Assembly: GCA_905178155.1 (NCBI GenBank)
Contig: CAJINV010000084.1
Span: forward strand, 1 to 10,633
DNA from: Amoebophrya sp. A120
Taxonomy: Eukaryota; Protista; Dinoflagellata
Direction: 5' to 3'
DNA: 10,633 bases
Shown here: piece by piece, positions 1 to 8,444 of the stretch
Position numbering within the stretch: position 1 is the first letter of the stretch
Layout of the letters: the number at the start of each line of letters is the position of its first letter
Notes under the pieces: model-generated
Databases searched by the model: none
Told to the model about the DNA's origin: nothing
The model's input: only the letters and a program-made list of their open reading frames with translations
Position numbers and translations under genes: made by a program

Positions 1-190
1 TCGCTTCATGGTCAAAGTCGAGGGGCCGTCCGGCAACCTGATGGAGGTCGAGGAAAGCAGCGACGACGAGTATTCGGTGTCCGAACAGGAGGTACCACCG
101 CGGCGCGTCCCACAGAAACCCGAGCAGATCAAAAATATCGCCGCAGCAGAGAATTGGTTGTATGACAGGCTTTACCGCTACTTTTTGCTC
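1..190 (+). repeat. Direct repeat (tandem gene duplication), near-identical segment, copy 1
   Basis: Bases 1-95 are identical to 2138-2232 (offset 2137). High identity continues to about 190/2327, then decays into patchy similarity over the rest of the two genes. Confidence 0.95.
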
Positions 191-1045
191 CGCGAAGACT
201 CGGACGAATTCGAACAAACATACGGGCGGGATCCGCCGCGTGCGTATTATCCGGATTGCGACGGAATGCAACAGGACAGGCGTTCGATTGGAGCTGTAGT
301 CCAGGCACTTCTTCCGTTGCAGTACAGCAATCGGCCCCACCAGAGAAAGTTCGAGTGTGTCGCTTACCCACTCTTGGCCCGTGACTTCGAAAGGCATCTT
401 CCGGCATGGAGGTTGTTGGCCGCAGTGCTGAGTCTAAATGACACAGAGTGGATTAAGCACGGGTGGCTGCCACCTGGGGGAATTAGTTCCGGAAAGGAGC
501 AGCGCCAGCAGTACTGCGAAAAAATTATTCTCGAGCTAGCAAACTACAACCGCGATTCGGACATTCTGCGTCGTGTCATTGTTCCCGCACTGGATCAGGT
601 GACTAACTGGGATGGGTTTCCTTTCGCGGAGTTTGCAAAGCGGGCCATTCCAGTACTGTTTTCTCCGATTCGGGGCACGAGCACGGCCGCCTTGCTACTG
701 GAGCGTGTCGGACAGTCTCGCTCCCGCTTAGAAAAAATTTGTGCAGGCTGCAAGAGTGCTATTCGCCATGAATACAAGAAATGGAGTTTCAAGCCTTGGG
801 AAGAAGACTTACATCAACACCTAAAAACCTGGGTCGGGTTTTTTGTTGACAAATTGGCGGTGGCTGGATTCCCCGACCTTGGTCGAGATTTGAGTGCGTT
901 TCTGGAAACGGTGCATGACGATGTGAAGACAGTAAACCGGCAGGTGAGGCAATTGCAGGAGAAGCTCACAGAGCCCGAAGGAACCCCCTCGAGTAGATCC
1001 ATGTGGGAAGAGAAACTGCAGAGGCTGGAGGACGAAGCACATTAA
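2..1045 (+). CDS. Hypothetical protein, tandem paralogue copy A (5'-truncated by the window edge)
   Basis: Open frame from the window start to TAA at 1043-1045. It aligns colinearly with the C-terminal two-thirds of the 1602..3323 protein (MVKVEGPSGNLMEVEESSDDEYSVSEQEV, AAAENWLYDR, DTEWIKHGWLPP, PALDQVT, SRSRLEK, AGFPDLG). The ATG at 8 corresponds to an internal Met of the paralogue, so the true start is probably upstream of the window. No family recognised. Confidence 0.8.
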   Translation, partial: RFMVKVEGPSGNLMEVEESSDDEYSVSEQEVPPRRVPQKPEQIKNIAAAENWLYDRLYRYFLLREDSDEFEQTYGRDPPRAYYPDCDGMQQDRRSIGAVVQALLPLQYSNRPHQRKFECVAYPLLARDFERHLPAWRLLAAVLSLNDTEWIKHGWLPPGGISSGKEQRQQYCEKIILELANYNRDSDILRRVIVPALDQVTNWDGFPFAEFAKRAIPVLFSPIRGTSTAALLLERVGQSRSRLEKICAGCKSAIRHEYKKWSFKPWEEDLHQHLKTWVGFFVDKLAVAGFPDLGRDLSAFLETVHDDVKTVNRQVRQLQEKLTEPEGTPSSRSMWEEKLQRLEDEAH

Positions 1046-1601
1046 TTTGAATCACCGATGCGAAAACGGCAGCTAGAAGTTGTTCGAGTTTCATATGCGC
1101 ACTAGATAGTGCTGGTGCTCCTCTTATTGGAGGTTTTTTTGTTTTGCGTTGCCTCGAGTGACCGTATAACTTTTGCTATTGTTCCGTGGTCTTGGATCGA
1201 TATTGCGCGTATCAGTCGATGATCGGCTTCTACTTGTCTTCGTAAGAAGATCTCTATGGTCCGCTAGCTTTTGATTCCACTGCGGCCCGCCTTGTGTACC
1301 TGGTCTGAGTTTCTAAGGATGCCTATTGTTCCGCGGAGTAGCCAGAGTGAGACTTTCATTGGCATACCTTTTTCGGCCAAATGCGAATACGAAGCCCAAG
1401 ATCATAAATTGGAGAATGGGAAACGGAAAGTAAAAGTAAAACGAGTATTCTATGCGGCCTACTGCTAATCATCTATCTGCGAAGAAATCCGGGAAGTCAA
1501 TCTATACCCTCCAAGAAGTCTTTTTCCTCTCCTACACTTGAGAATTTGTATTGAGTTTCTTGTACTTACATCATAAATTCATGTTTCATTCCTACGACGC
1601 C

Positions 1602-3323
1602 ATGGCCTCCCTAACAAGTGAACTGCCGCCGGGCGAGGAGGTGGAGCTGCAGCAATCGGAAGAGCCGTCAGTCGAGGCCTGTTTGAAGACAAAGAAGTCG
1701 ACAGCAAAAGACGGAAGCGCTACTGCCAGCTCTCAAGCGGCCGACAAGAATCCGGCTGTTCCAACCGCAAGTGCCTCCAAAGTGGACAAGAAAGTCGTGA
1801 TTCTGCGCAAAGGGCTGTCCGGTGAGGAAAAAAAGTTCTGTATTGACACCGAAAAGGTTAAGTGTGTTGCAGACCTGGCCCAGTTATTTGTGCCAACCTT
1901 TTACACGAGCGAAAGCGACGAACTTTGCCCGCCGTCTTCGCGGCTGCTCTGGTTGGCAGGCGAAGACGAGCCTGCAGAGGAAGACAGAGACAGCGCAGAT
2001 GAAAATCATTCGCCACTTGAAGATGGTGATGGAGGCGAGCAGGGCGACCCGCCGCAGCTCCCGGCCTCGTCCGATGCTTCCGCTTTTTTTGCACATAGTG
2101 AGGAACTGGTGTTCAGTGCGGACGGAGAGGCTGTCTATCGCTTCATGGTCAAAGTCGAGGGGCCGTCCGGCAACCTGATGGAGGTCGAGGAAAGCAGCGA
2201 CGACGAGTATTCGGTGTCCGAACAGGAGGTACTACCGCGGCGCGTGCCACAGGAACCCGAGAAGATCAAAAGTATCGCCGCAGCGGAGAACTGGTTGTAT
2301 GACAGGTTTTACCGCTATTTTTTGCTCCCCGGGAACTCGGACGAATTCAAAGAAACGTATGGGCCGGAGCGGCTCGTGCGTCAGCGGGAGCGGACGTACT
2401 ACAACGACGCCGGAACTACAAGGAGGACCGACGTGGGTGCCGAAGTGCAAGCGCTGCTTCCACCGCAATATGCTGATCAGCCCGACTCGAGAAAGTTTCA
2501 GTATGTCGTCTACAGCAAGGCGAGCACGGAGTTCAAAATCCATAGCCGAGCATGGCCGTTGTTGGCCGTAGTCTTGCGCCTAAGTGACACAGAGTGGATC
2601 AAGCACGGATGGCTACCGCCCAGCGGAGTGAGTGGCTTCTCAGAAGTGCGGCAGCGGTACTGCGAAGGCATTCTCTTCGAGCTTGCAGACTCCCGCAGCG
2701 ATGCGAAGGAGGCGCTGCTCCGTTTTGTCATCGGCCCCGCACTGGATCAAGTCACTGACTGGGACAGGTTTCGTTTCGCGCAATTTGCAAATCGGACGGC
2801 AAGAAACTTCTGCGAGTTCCCTGTTTTTCCTCCTGAGGACCCGTCGCTACCGGTGGCGCGTCTTGTTTTCGAGCGTCTCGGGAATTCCCGCTCCCGCTTA
2901 GAAAAAGTGTATGAGGGTTGCAAGAGTGTCATCCGTCAGAGGTACAAGGAACGAAATTTCAAGGCCAACCCTAATTCCCGGTTTCCGCCACCTGATCCAT
3001 TACACCCGGAGCCGACTCTGTACCGTTTTCGAGACGAGCGGCCTTCCGTTAGGCGCACGTTTGTGCCGCATTGGATCGAGGTTCAGTTAAAAGAGCGCTT
3101 GAAATCTTGGCTGGATGAGGTGTTTGTCGATAAATTTGCAGCGGCTGGATTTCCTGACCTCGGGAAGGGCCTGCATGCGTTTTTAGACACTGTGCATGGC
3201 GAGGTGACGAGCGCAAGCCGGCAGGTTGGGAAATTACTGCAGAGCCTCACGGAACCAGAGGAAAATGATCTCTCGCGCAAAAGCGGAGATGAGGAGAACA
3301 GACAAGAAGCAGAGGATAAATAA
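1602..3323 (+). CDS. Hypothetical protein, tandem paralogue copy B (573 aa, apparently intronless)
   Basis: Long ORF. The ATG at 1602 sits in a gccATGg context just after an AT-rich intergenic stretch; an in-frame ATG at 1581 is an alternative. Acidic, low-complexity N-terminal part, then a region conserved with copy A. No family recognised. Confidence 0.8.
   Translation: MASLTSELPPGEEVELQQSEEPSVEACLKTKKSTAKDGSATASSQAADKNPAVPTASASKVDKKVVILRKGLSGEEKKFCIDTEKVKCVADLAQLFVPTFYTSESDELCPPSSRLLWLAGEDEPAEEDRDSADENHSPLEDGDGGEQGDPPQLPASSDASAFFAHSEELVFSADGEAVYRFMVKVEGPSGNLMEVEESSDDEYSVSEQEVLPRRVPQEPEKIKSIAAAENWLYDRFYRYFLLPGNSDEFKETYGPERLVRQRERTYYNDAGTTRRTDVGAEVQALLPPQYADQPDSRKFQYVVYSKASTEFKIHSRAWPLLAVVLRLSDTEWIKHGWLPPSGVSGFSEVRQRYCEGILFELADSRSDAKEALLRFVIGPALDQVTDWDRFRFAQFANRTARNFCEFPVFPPEDPSLPVARLVFERLGNSRSRLEKVYEGCKSVIRQRYKERNFKANPNSRFPPPDPLHPEPTLYRFRDERPSVRRTFVPHWIEVQLKERLKSWLDEVFVDKFAAAGFPDLGKGLHAFLDTVHGEVTSASRQVGKLLQSLTEPEENDLSRKSGDEENRQEAEDK
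2138..2327 (+). repeat. Direct repeat (tandem gene duplication), near-identical segment, copy 2
   Basis: Matches window 1-190. The first 95 nt are identical and the first mismatch is ggtacC versus ggtacT. Confidence 0.95.
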
Positions 3324-3921
3324 AAGTGAAAACCATGATACCAGGGAACAAAACAGAGTCAAAACGCTGGAGAAGAAATGACTCGCCAGCATATGGATAG
3401 TGGCCTGATCTTTACATAAGTACATACGGGGACGACGCGCAGAAAGCAGGACAGGGCGTGTCCATAGTGTGTTTTCGTCCTACGTTCTTCATGGTCTTCT
3501 TTCGGGGTCCTCGATCCAGATATTGTGTGTGTCGCTCGCGATGGACGATCTCACGAATAGAACCGATCCGTTTGCTTGTTGCAATGAGATCTCTATTTTT
3601 TGGACTACGGTAGTACGGCGCCAGGGCCAGGTGCAGTTTATGAATGAGGACTTTTTTTTCCTGTGAGAGAGAGACAGTCTTACCTTTCCCGGAACATACG
3701 TCTGGAGTCAGATGCAGATGTTGTGAGTTGTTGTGCTCCTGCAAGTTCTTCAACATGAGATTTTCTATCGATCTTTCCTTTTGGAAGTAAAATTCTACGC
3801 CGGCTTTCCACAGCAAATTTTTTTCAACCATCCACTTTCATTTTATTGAGATACGACGGACACCATGGTCTCCGTTTCCTCCAGTTAAAGTGAATCTCCA
3901 GGGCTCCCGAGTGGCAACAGG

Positions 3922-6816
3922 ATGAATCCGCAGACTGGTGCCGCCAAGCGGGTGGTCATTCAGAACGGCGGCGTGGAGAAGCAGGTTGAGATTGTTGCTG
4001 ACGGCTACCTGGACCGTGGGAACGTGGTGACCGGACAAATCGACCTGCTGATCGAAGAGTTGCAGGCCCTCAGCCTGCGGCTGACAAACGAAAACTTCAA
4101 AGACGAGATCGCGCAGCAGGCGGAACACACCAAACGCACGAAGCCGGCCAGTCGCGCGATTCTCGCGCACCAGCAGCGGCTGCAGATGGTGCAGGCCCTC
4201 CAGCGGAAAGTGAATGCTGCGTTTCCCTACGGGGGGAAGGAGCACCCGTACCCCGCAATCCTGAACTTCGAAGGGCCAGAGGAGGCCGGCGTGTCCAGAC
4301 TGCGGTCCGTCGGGGAGTTGCCGGCCATCACGACGCTTCTCGGCGAACACCTGCTGCAAAGCGGCCTGTTTGAGTCGTTCGAAACGTTTCGGCAAGAGGT
4401 GGAGCGCCAGGTTCACGACTCGTTTGCCGAGGACGGGGAAAACTACCGGCACAGCTTGGCTTTCGGTGCGGAGGAATCGGGAGAAAAGGATAAGAACGGC
4501 GACACTACTTACGAGGGAGCCGGTGGACAGCGGCAGCATGGAACACAAGAAGAGCAGGCACAGGAGAATTATAGGAATGACATTTACGGAAATTATGACG
4601 AAGATTACGACGAGGAAGAGGTCTGGAACGAAGATTCCACTACACGACAAAAACCGGCAGATCAAATCGATGAATTTCATTTTCTGTTCACCAACCCCTC
4701 GTCTTTCCAGCGGTTTTTTCAAGCGCACGAATCCGGACCGGGAGGCGGTTTTTTTGCGGGCTACGGCAATGCGGTCTTCGCGGTTGAGGAGGACGAGGGT
4801 GGCGACGCCGTGCGCTGCAGCAGCGTGGGCGACGTGATTTCCGCGTCCTGGGCCTTCGCACTGAAGACGCTGAAGGAGCTGTGCAAGTGCTGCGACCTCC
4901 ATCCTGATGTTTTGGATTCATCATCCTCGGCCGCGACAGGCAAAAATGACGAGCGACAGGAGCATTTATTCGGTTCGAAGAAGCTGGATCCATTGTTCCG
5001 GTATCTGGCCCACGTGAAGCACCAGTTTCAGACAAGCCTGAACATTTTGGGCGAAGTGGTCTGGAGCGAAAACTGCTGGGCCAGCGTAGCGCACGAGGGG
5101 CATCTGCTGTCCTGTTTCGAGTTCGAGCTGTTAGTCTGCAAGTACATGCAGATGCTGTTGTCTTGCTTTGCAAGAACATCAAACACGGGCTCTTCAACCT
5201 CTACTGCGTCTCTCAGCACACAGAGGCTCGAGGCGTTTCAGTTCGCGCAGAAAAGCTTCGCGCCCTTCCTGAAATGCCGCGGACAGGAGGTGGGGCGGTT
5301 GCTGACGCTTTCGACGCTGCAAGCGAATGGGGAGGTACTGTTGAAGAGAACACTTCAAAAGCGCCTCACTGTGCTGAGGAATTTGCTGAGAAAGGTTTTT
5401 TTCCTGACCACCGAAGTGCCGGCTTTGTCCCAAGAGCAGCTTGTGAACTATGATGAGATGGTGGAGCTTCATTATGACGTTTTGGTGAAATCGGGTATCA
5501 AAATTTCACCCGACAACACCTTCAAGCGCACGGCGCAGCCAGGCACCGGAAACACAGCGGCGCAACTAGGAAGACACAAAAATCGCAATGGTCGTGACCT
5601 CCAGAAGAGTTCATCTTCTTTCCTCGCCTCCGCTTCCGGTGGAGCAGACAACGGAACGGGCTCCGCACGCTCTCCCGGAGGTGGCCACGGCTACAACAGT
5701 CGTCAGGGGCATCAACCCGCCCAGGGAGAGATGTGGCCACCGAGTTTAAAGCGTAGGCGCAGCACGGACGAAGATGCTGTCGACCACCAGCACCACGCGT
5801 GGCCGTCGCAGGTGGAACCGAGGTCGCTCCTGCCACCGACCAGACCTATGTTTCCGGACATAACCCCCTTTCCGCTACTCGTGCCAGCCAGCGACGACTA
5901 CTACGACGTGTTGAACGTCAGAGACGAAGACGACGACGATGACACCGATAGCACATCGAGCACAGACCAACGGGCAGCGGACGACAAGAATGTCGCAGAG
6001 GAAGCCCTTTCTTCTCGCTGCGAAGTGAACCCGGAATGGATCGACATCGACTATGCCAGACATGTCGCTGCGGTCGAAAGGATTTTGACGGAAGATGAAC
6101 CGCTGGAGCAGGGTTGTGCCAATGGTGCGGCCACCGGTTCAGAAGTACTAGAGGAAAACTACAGTCCGCCGGGCTTGGGACCAGCACGTCATCAGCTCCG
6201 GCGTCCGTACAATTCCGCCTCCATGAATCTTCACGCCAGAGCCTTGCCAGCGTATCTGCAGGACGAAGAGGAAGATGCGTTTTTCACACGAAATCTGAAC
6301 CTGAGCGGAGTTGCGCCGCCTAGCGTCGAGCCGCCATACTGGGGGCCCGGTGGGCGTGCGTGCTTGGCTCATTACTGGGCAGCGCCGCCGTCTTCGCAAC
6401 ATAGAACGACCTCGGGCCTTGCGCTAGATTATGACGAGTATGATGAGCCAGCCGACGACGATAGTAACTCGAGCTTCAGCGTAGTTGACAGTTCGGCGGA
6501 GCGGTCTCCGCACGAGGGGGTCATGCAAGAAGACACCGCAACATCCTATTTGTCCAACACAGAGTTTTTCCCCCAGCAAGGTCTTGTTCCCGACGTGCAA
6601 CTGGCATCCTACTACCTCTGGGCGCGGGCGGACGCTGGGCTTGAGCGAGACCATTCCCCGCTCCGCAGTCCGCGTCGGAACCGCTCCGGATCGGTCTCCT
6701 CGGTATCCAGTGCGCCGTCTAGGGGAGTACGTCCGCGGAGAAATCGACGGAGAAGTCGGTCAGCGACGCGGCGAAGGCGAAGCGAGTCTGTTGAGTCCGT
6801 GGAGGGGAACAAGGAG
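3922..6816 (+). CDS. RMND5: RMND5-like gene, exon 1 (LisH, CTLH, start of CRA, long low-complexity insertion)
   Basis: 965 codons of the 3922..6894 ORF, ending at the donor GAG|GTGCCA. Sequence after 6817 becomes AT-rich and non-coding in character. Confidence 0.75.
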
Positions 6817-8444
6817 GTGCCACTATACTTTTCATGCAGTCGTGGAGGTCATCCTCATCTTCTCTGCAGCTGCACTTTATGTATGATTCTTTGAAGACAT
6901 ACACATAGTTATTGACTTGAACTCCTACAGTAGTTTTCTAGGGCTACTGCAATGAAAATATAAAACATCAGAGCAAAGAAAGTAAAATTGAAATCCACCA
7001 ATCGCAGGACGTCGAGATGGTAGATTCCCGCGACGCGAGCGCTGCGCGCAAATCCGCCGAGGTGATGCACGCGCAGGCGGAAGCGATTTCGTACCTCGTC
7101 CGGGAGGCCCACTACGAAAAAAAAGACAATGCGGCCAGAGCGGCGCGCCCGCGCGGGATTTTCCAAAGCTTCGGGGCGAATCTGAATCGGAACGCGCAGC
7201 TTTTTCCGCGGTACAATCCCCTGTCCGCAGCCTACGCCGGTTCCACTCTGGACGATCCCACGAGTCCGGGTGGTGACAAATCGTTCGGGAGAGCAGGAGG
7301 AGAAGATTTGTCAGAAGTTTTCACCACCGTTTCGCTGAAGCACCGAAGGGAACTGCGGCCCACCTCCCGGACGATGCAATCATGGCACAGAGGCCCCGGA
7401 GCAAGACGTAAAATTGCTTCTGACCATGCCGCAGCGGAGATGAATTATTCCAAAGGGAAGGGCCCGCTGAATAAAGCAGCGCACCATCCGAAAGCGGACG
7501 CAACATCAGTTCTGACACAGGAACAACAAGCCTTTTATGAGCCACCGGAGGAAGACGCGTTGTTGAACCTATGAAAGTGCACAACTCCCCCTCCGCCTCA
7601 TTTGTATAGCATGAACGGCAATACAAGCGTCAGCCAGAGTGCCGGTTTTGCATGACAGATTATTTACACTGGAGAGTAGTGCTATTTGGGCTGCCAGAAC
7701 TTGTCATGCAAACAGTGCCACATGACAGCGACTAGATTCGGGGTTTTGCATGACAAACGAGGGGGAGGGGGAGTTGTGCACTGCTATAGAACCCGAGCAG
7801 TCACTACCTGATGCTGGTGAGCAGACCCCATCTGCGGATGCAGCAGATGTCGCAGAAATCGCTGCTGTCGGTCATTCTGGACGCGGGCCAGCAGGCCCTG
7901 CCGAAGATTCTGGAGTACCACCAGTGGTGCGTGGACCAGGACAAGGGTCTCTCCACGGGCAACTGGTCGCTGACCACGGCCGTTGTCGGCGACACGCTGC
8001 CGGTCACCCTGGATTCGCCTCCGGAATTCGCCTACGCCAGCAACTTCGTTTGTCCGGTTATGCAAGAGAAAAACTGTGTAAGTGTAAATCTGTAATGCAG
8101 AACACGCAACAGATTTACACCTGTCATGCCAGACAGCCACGAAGTTCTCTTTTCATGTGTGTTTTCCCTTACAAGCCACGCATGACAGGTTTTCTCTGTC
8201 ATGTAGAGCAAATTTGTGATGCTGTCAGCCAATGATACTTACACTAACACAGTTTTTTTCTTGGATAGCGGTCAACCGTTCGCTGACCAGAACTCCCTAC
8301 CTCCTCGCGTGCGGCCACGTCCTGTCCAGGGAGTGCGTGGACCGTCTGAGCAGAAACGCGCGCGCCTCCTTCAAGTGCCCCTTCTGCCCGCGCCAGCAGA
8401 ACTCCGCGGCCGCCCTGCCCATCAAATTTGCGCAGAACTATTGA
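3922..8444 (+). CDS. RMND5: RMND5/GID2-like RING E3 ubiquitin ligase subunit of the CTLH/GID complex; spliced, join(3922..6816,7008..7565,7790..8054,8269..8444), about 1297 aa
   Basis: LisH-like motif ITTLLGEHLLQSGLFESFETFRQE (~4327-4398). CTLH/CRA-like motifs FEFELLVCKYMQML and EAFQFAQKSFAPF...EVGRLL. RMND5-type C-terminus SLLSVILDAG..ALP, LPVTLD....AY.S.FVCPV...PYLLACGHVLSRECVDRL....FKCPFCP.QQ....ALPIKF. Four ORF pieces join in frame through three introns. Family call is from motif recognition, not a database search; the paralogue MAEA/GID9 fits less well because the KCPxCP end is intact. Confidence 0.82.
6817..7007 (+). other. Canonical GT-AG spliceosomal intron (191 nt, phase 0)
   Basis: gag|GTGCCA...atcgcAG|gac. 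AT-rich with stop codons. Removal fuses the 3922 frame to the 7017..7574 frame (GNKE|DVEMVDSR). No terminal inverted repeat seen. Confidence 0.75.
7008..7565 (+). CDS. RMND5: RMND5-like gene, exon 2
   Basis: Frame of ORF 7017..7574, bounded by a CAG acceptor at 7007 and by element 1. The 3' boundary can slide within the GAACC repeat. Confidence 0.7.
7566..7793 (+). mobile_element. Inverted-repeat introner / MITE-like non-canonical intron, element 1 (224 nt removed)
   Basis: Direct repeat AACC at 7566-7569 and 7790-7793 (GAACC if the G is counted). TIRs 7570-7605 / 7753-7788 match at 31/36. Ends are TAT...ATA-G. Removing 7566..7789 gives LL|NPSSHYLMLVSRPH, in frame with the RMND5-like SLLSVILDAG segment. 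Confidence 0.88.
7790..8054 (+). CDS. RMND5: RMND5-like gene, exon 3 (end of CRA region and first RING Cys)
   Basis: Frame of ORF 7811..8095: SLLSVILDAGQQALPKIL...LPVTLDSPPEFAYASNFVCP. Confidence 0.8.
8055..8272 (+). mobile_element. Inverted-repeat introner / MITE-like non-canonical intron, element 2 (214 nt removed), inside the RING domain
   Basis: Direct repeat CGGT at 8055-8058 and 8269-8272. TIRs 8059-8087 / 8239-8267 match at 26/29. Ends are TAT...ATA-G. Removing 8055..8268 gives FVCPVNRSLTRTPYLLACGH, a RING/U-box-like C-x14-CGH spacing. Confidence 0.88.
8269..8444 (+). CDS. RMND5: RMND5-like gene, last exon (degenerate RING finger)
   Basis: PYLLACGHVLSRECVDRLSRNARASFKCPFCPRQQNSAAALPIKFAQNY, stop TGA at 8442-8444. 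Confidence 0.85.

Noticed and set aside
3412-3831. 139-aa minus-strand ORF in the intergenic region
   Set aside because: No recognisable motif, AT-rich UTR-like composition with T-runs, and opposite to all supported genes.
3838-4902. 354-aa minus-strand ORF
   Set aside because: Antisense shadow of the RMND5-like exon 1, which carries the recognisable LisH motif. Its hydrophobic run is just the complement of the acidic GAN-rich codons.
7570-7788. Reading the inverted repeats as rho-independent terminators, CRISPR repeats or bacterial IS ends
   Set aside because: The context is eukaryotic (RMND5-like gene, introns). The arms are 150-250 bp apart, with no repeat-spacer periodicity and no transposase ORF.
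7569-7792. Element 1 register CT...AC, which reads GT...AG on the minus strand
   Set aside because: The coding evidence is on the + strand and elements 2 and 3 have no such register. It arises from the AAC target sequence by chance.
7559-7800. Alternative canonical GT-AG intron for element 1 (GT at 7559 or 7562 to AG at 7797 or 7800, frame-preserving)
   Set aside because: The donors GTTGTT and GTTGAA are poor, and the DR/TIR boundaries match the same rule as the other two elements. Disfavoured, but not formally excluded without cDNA.
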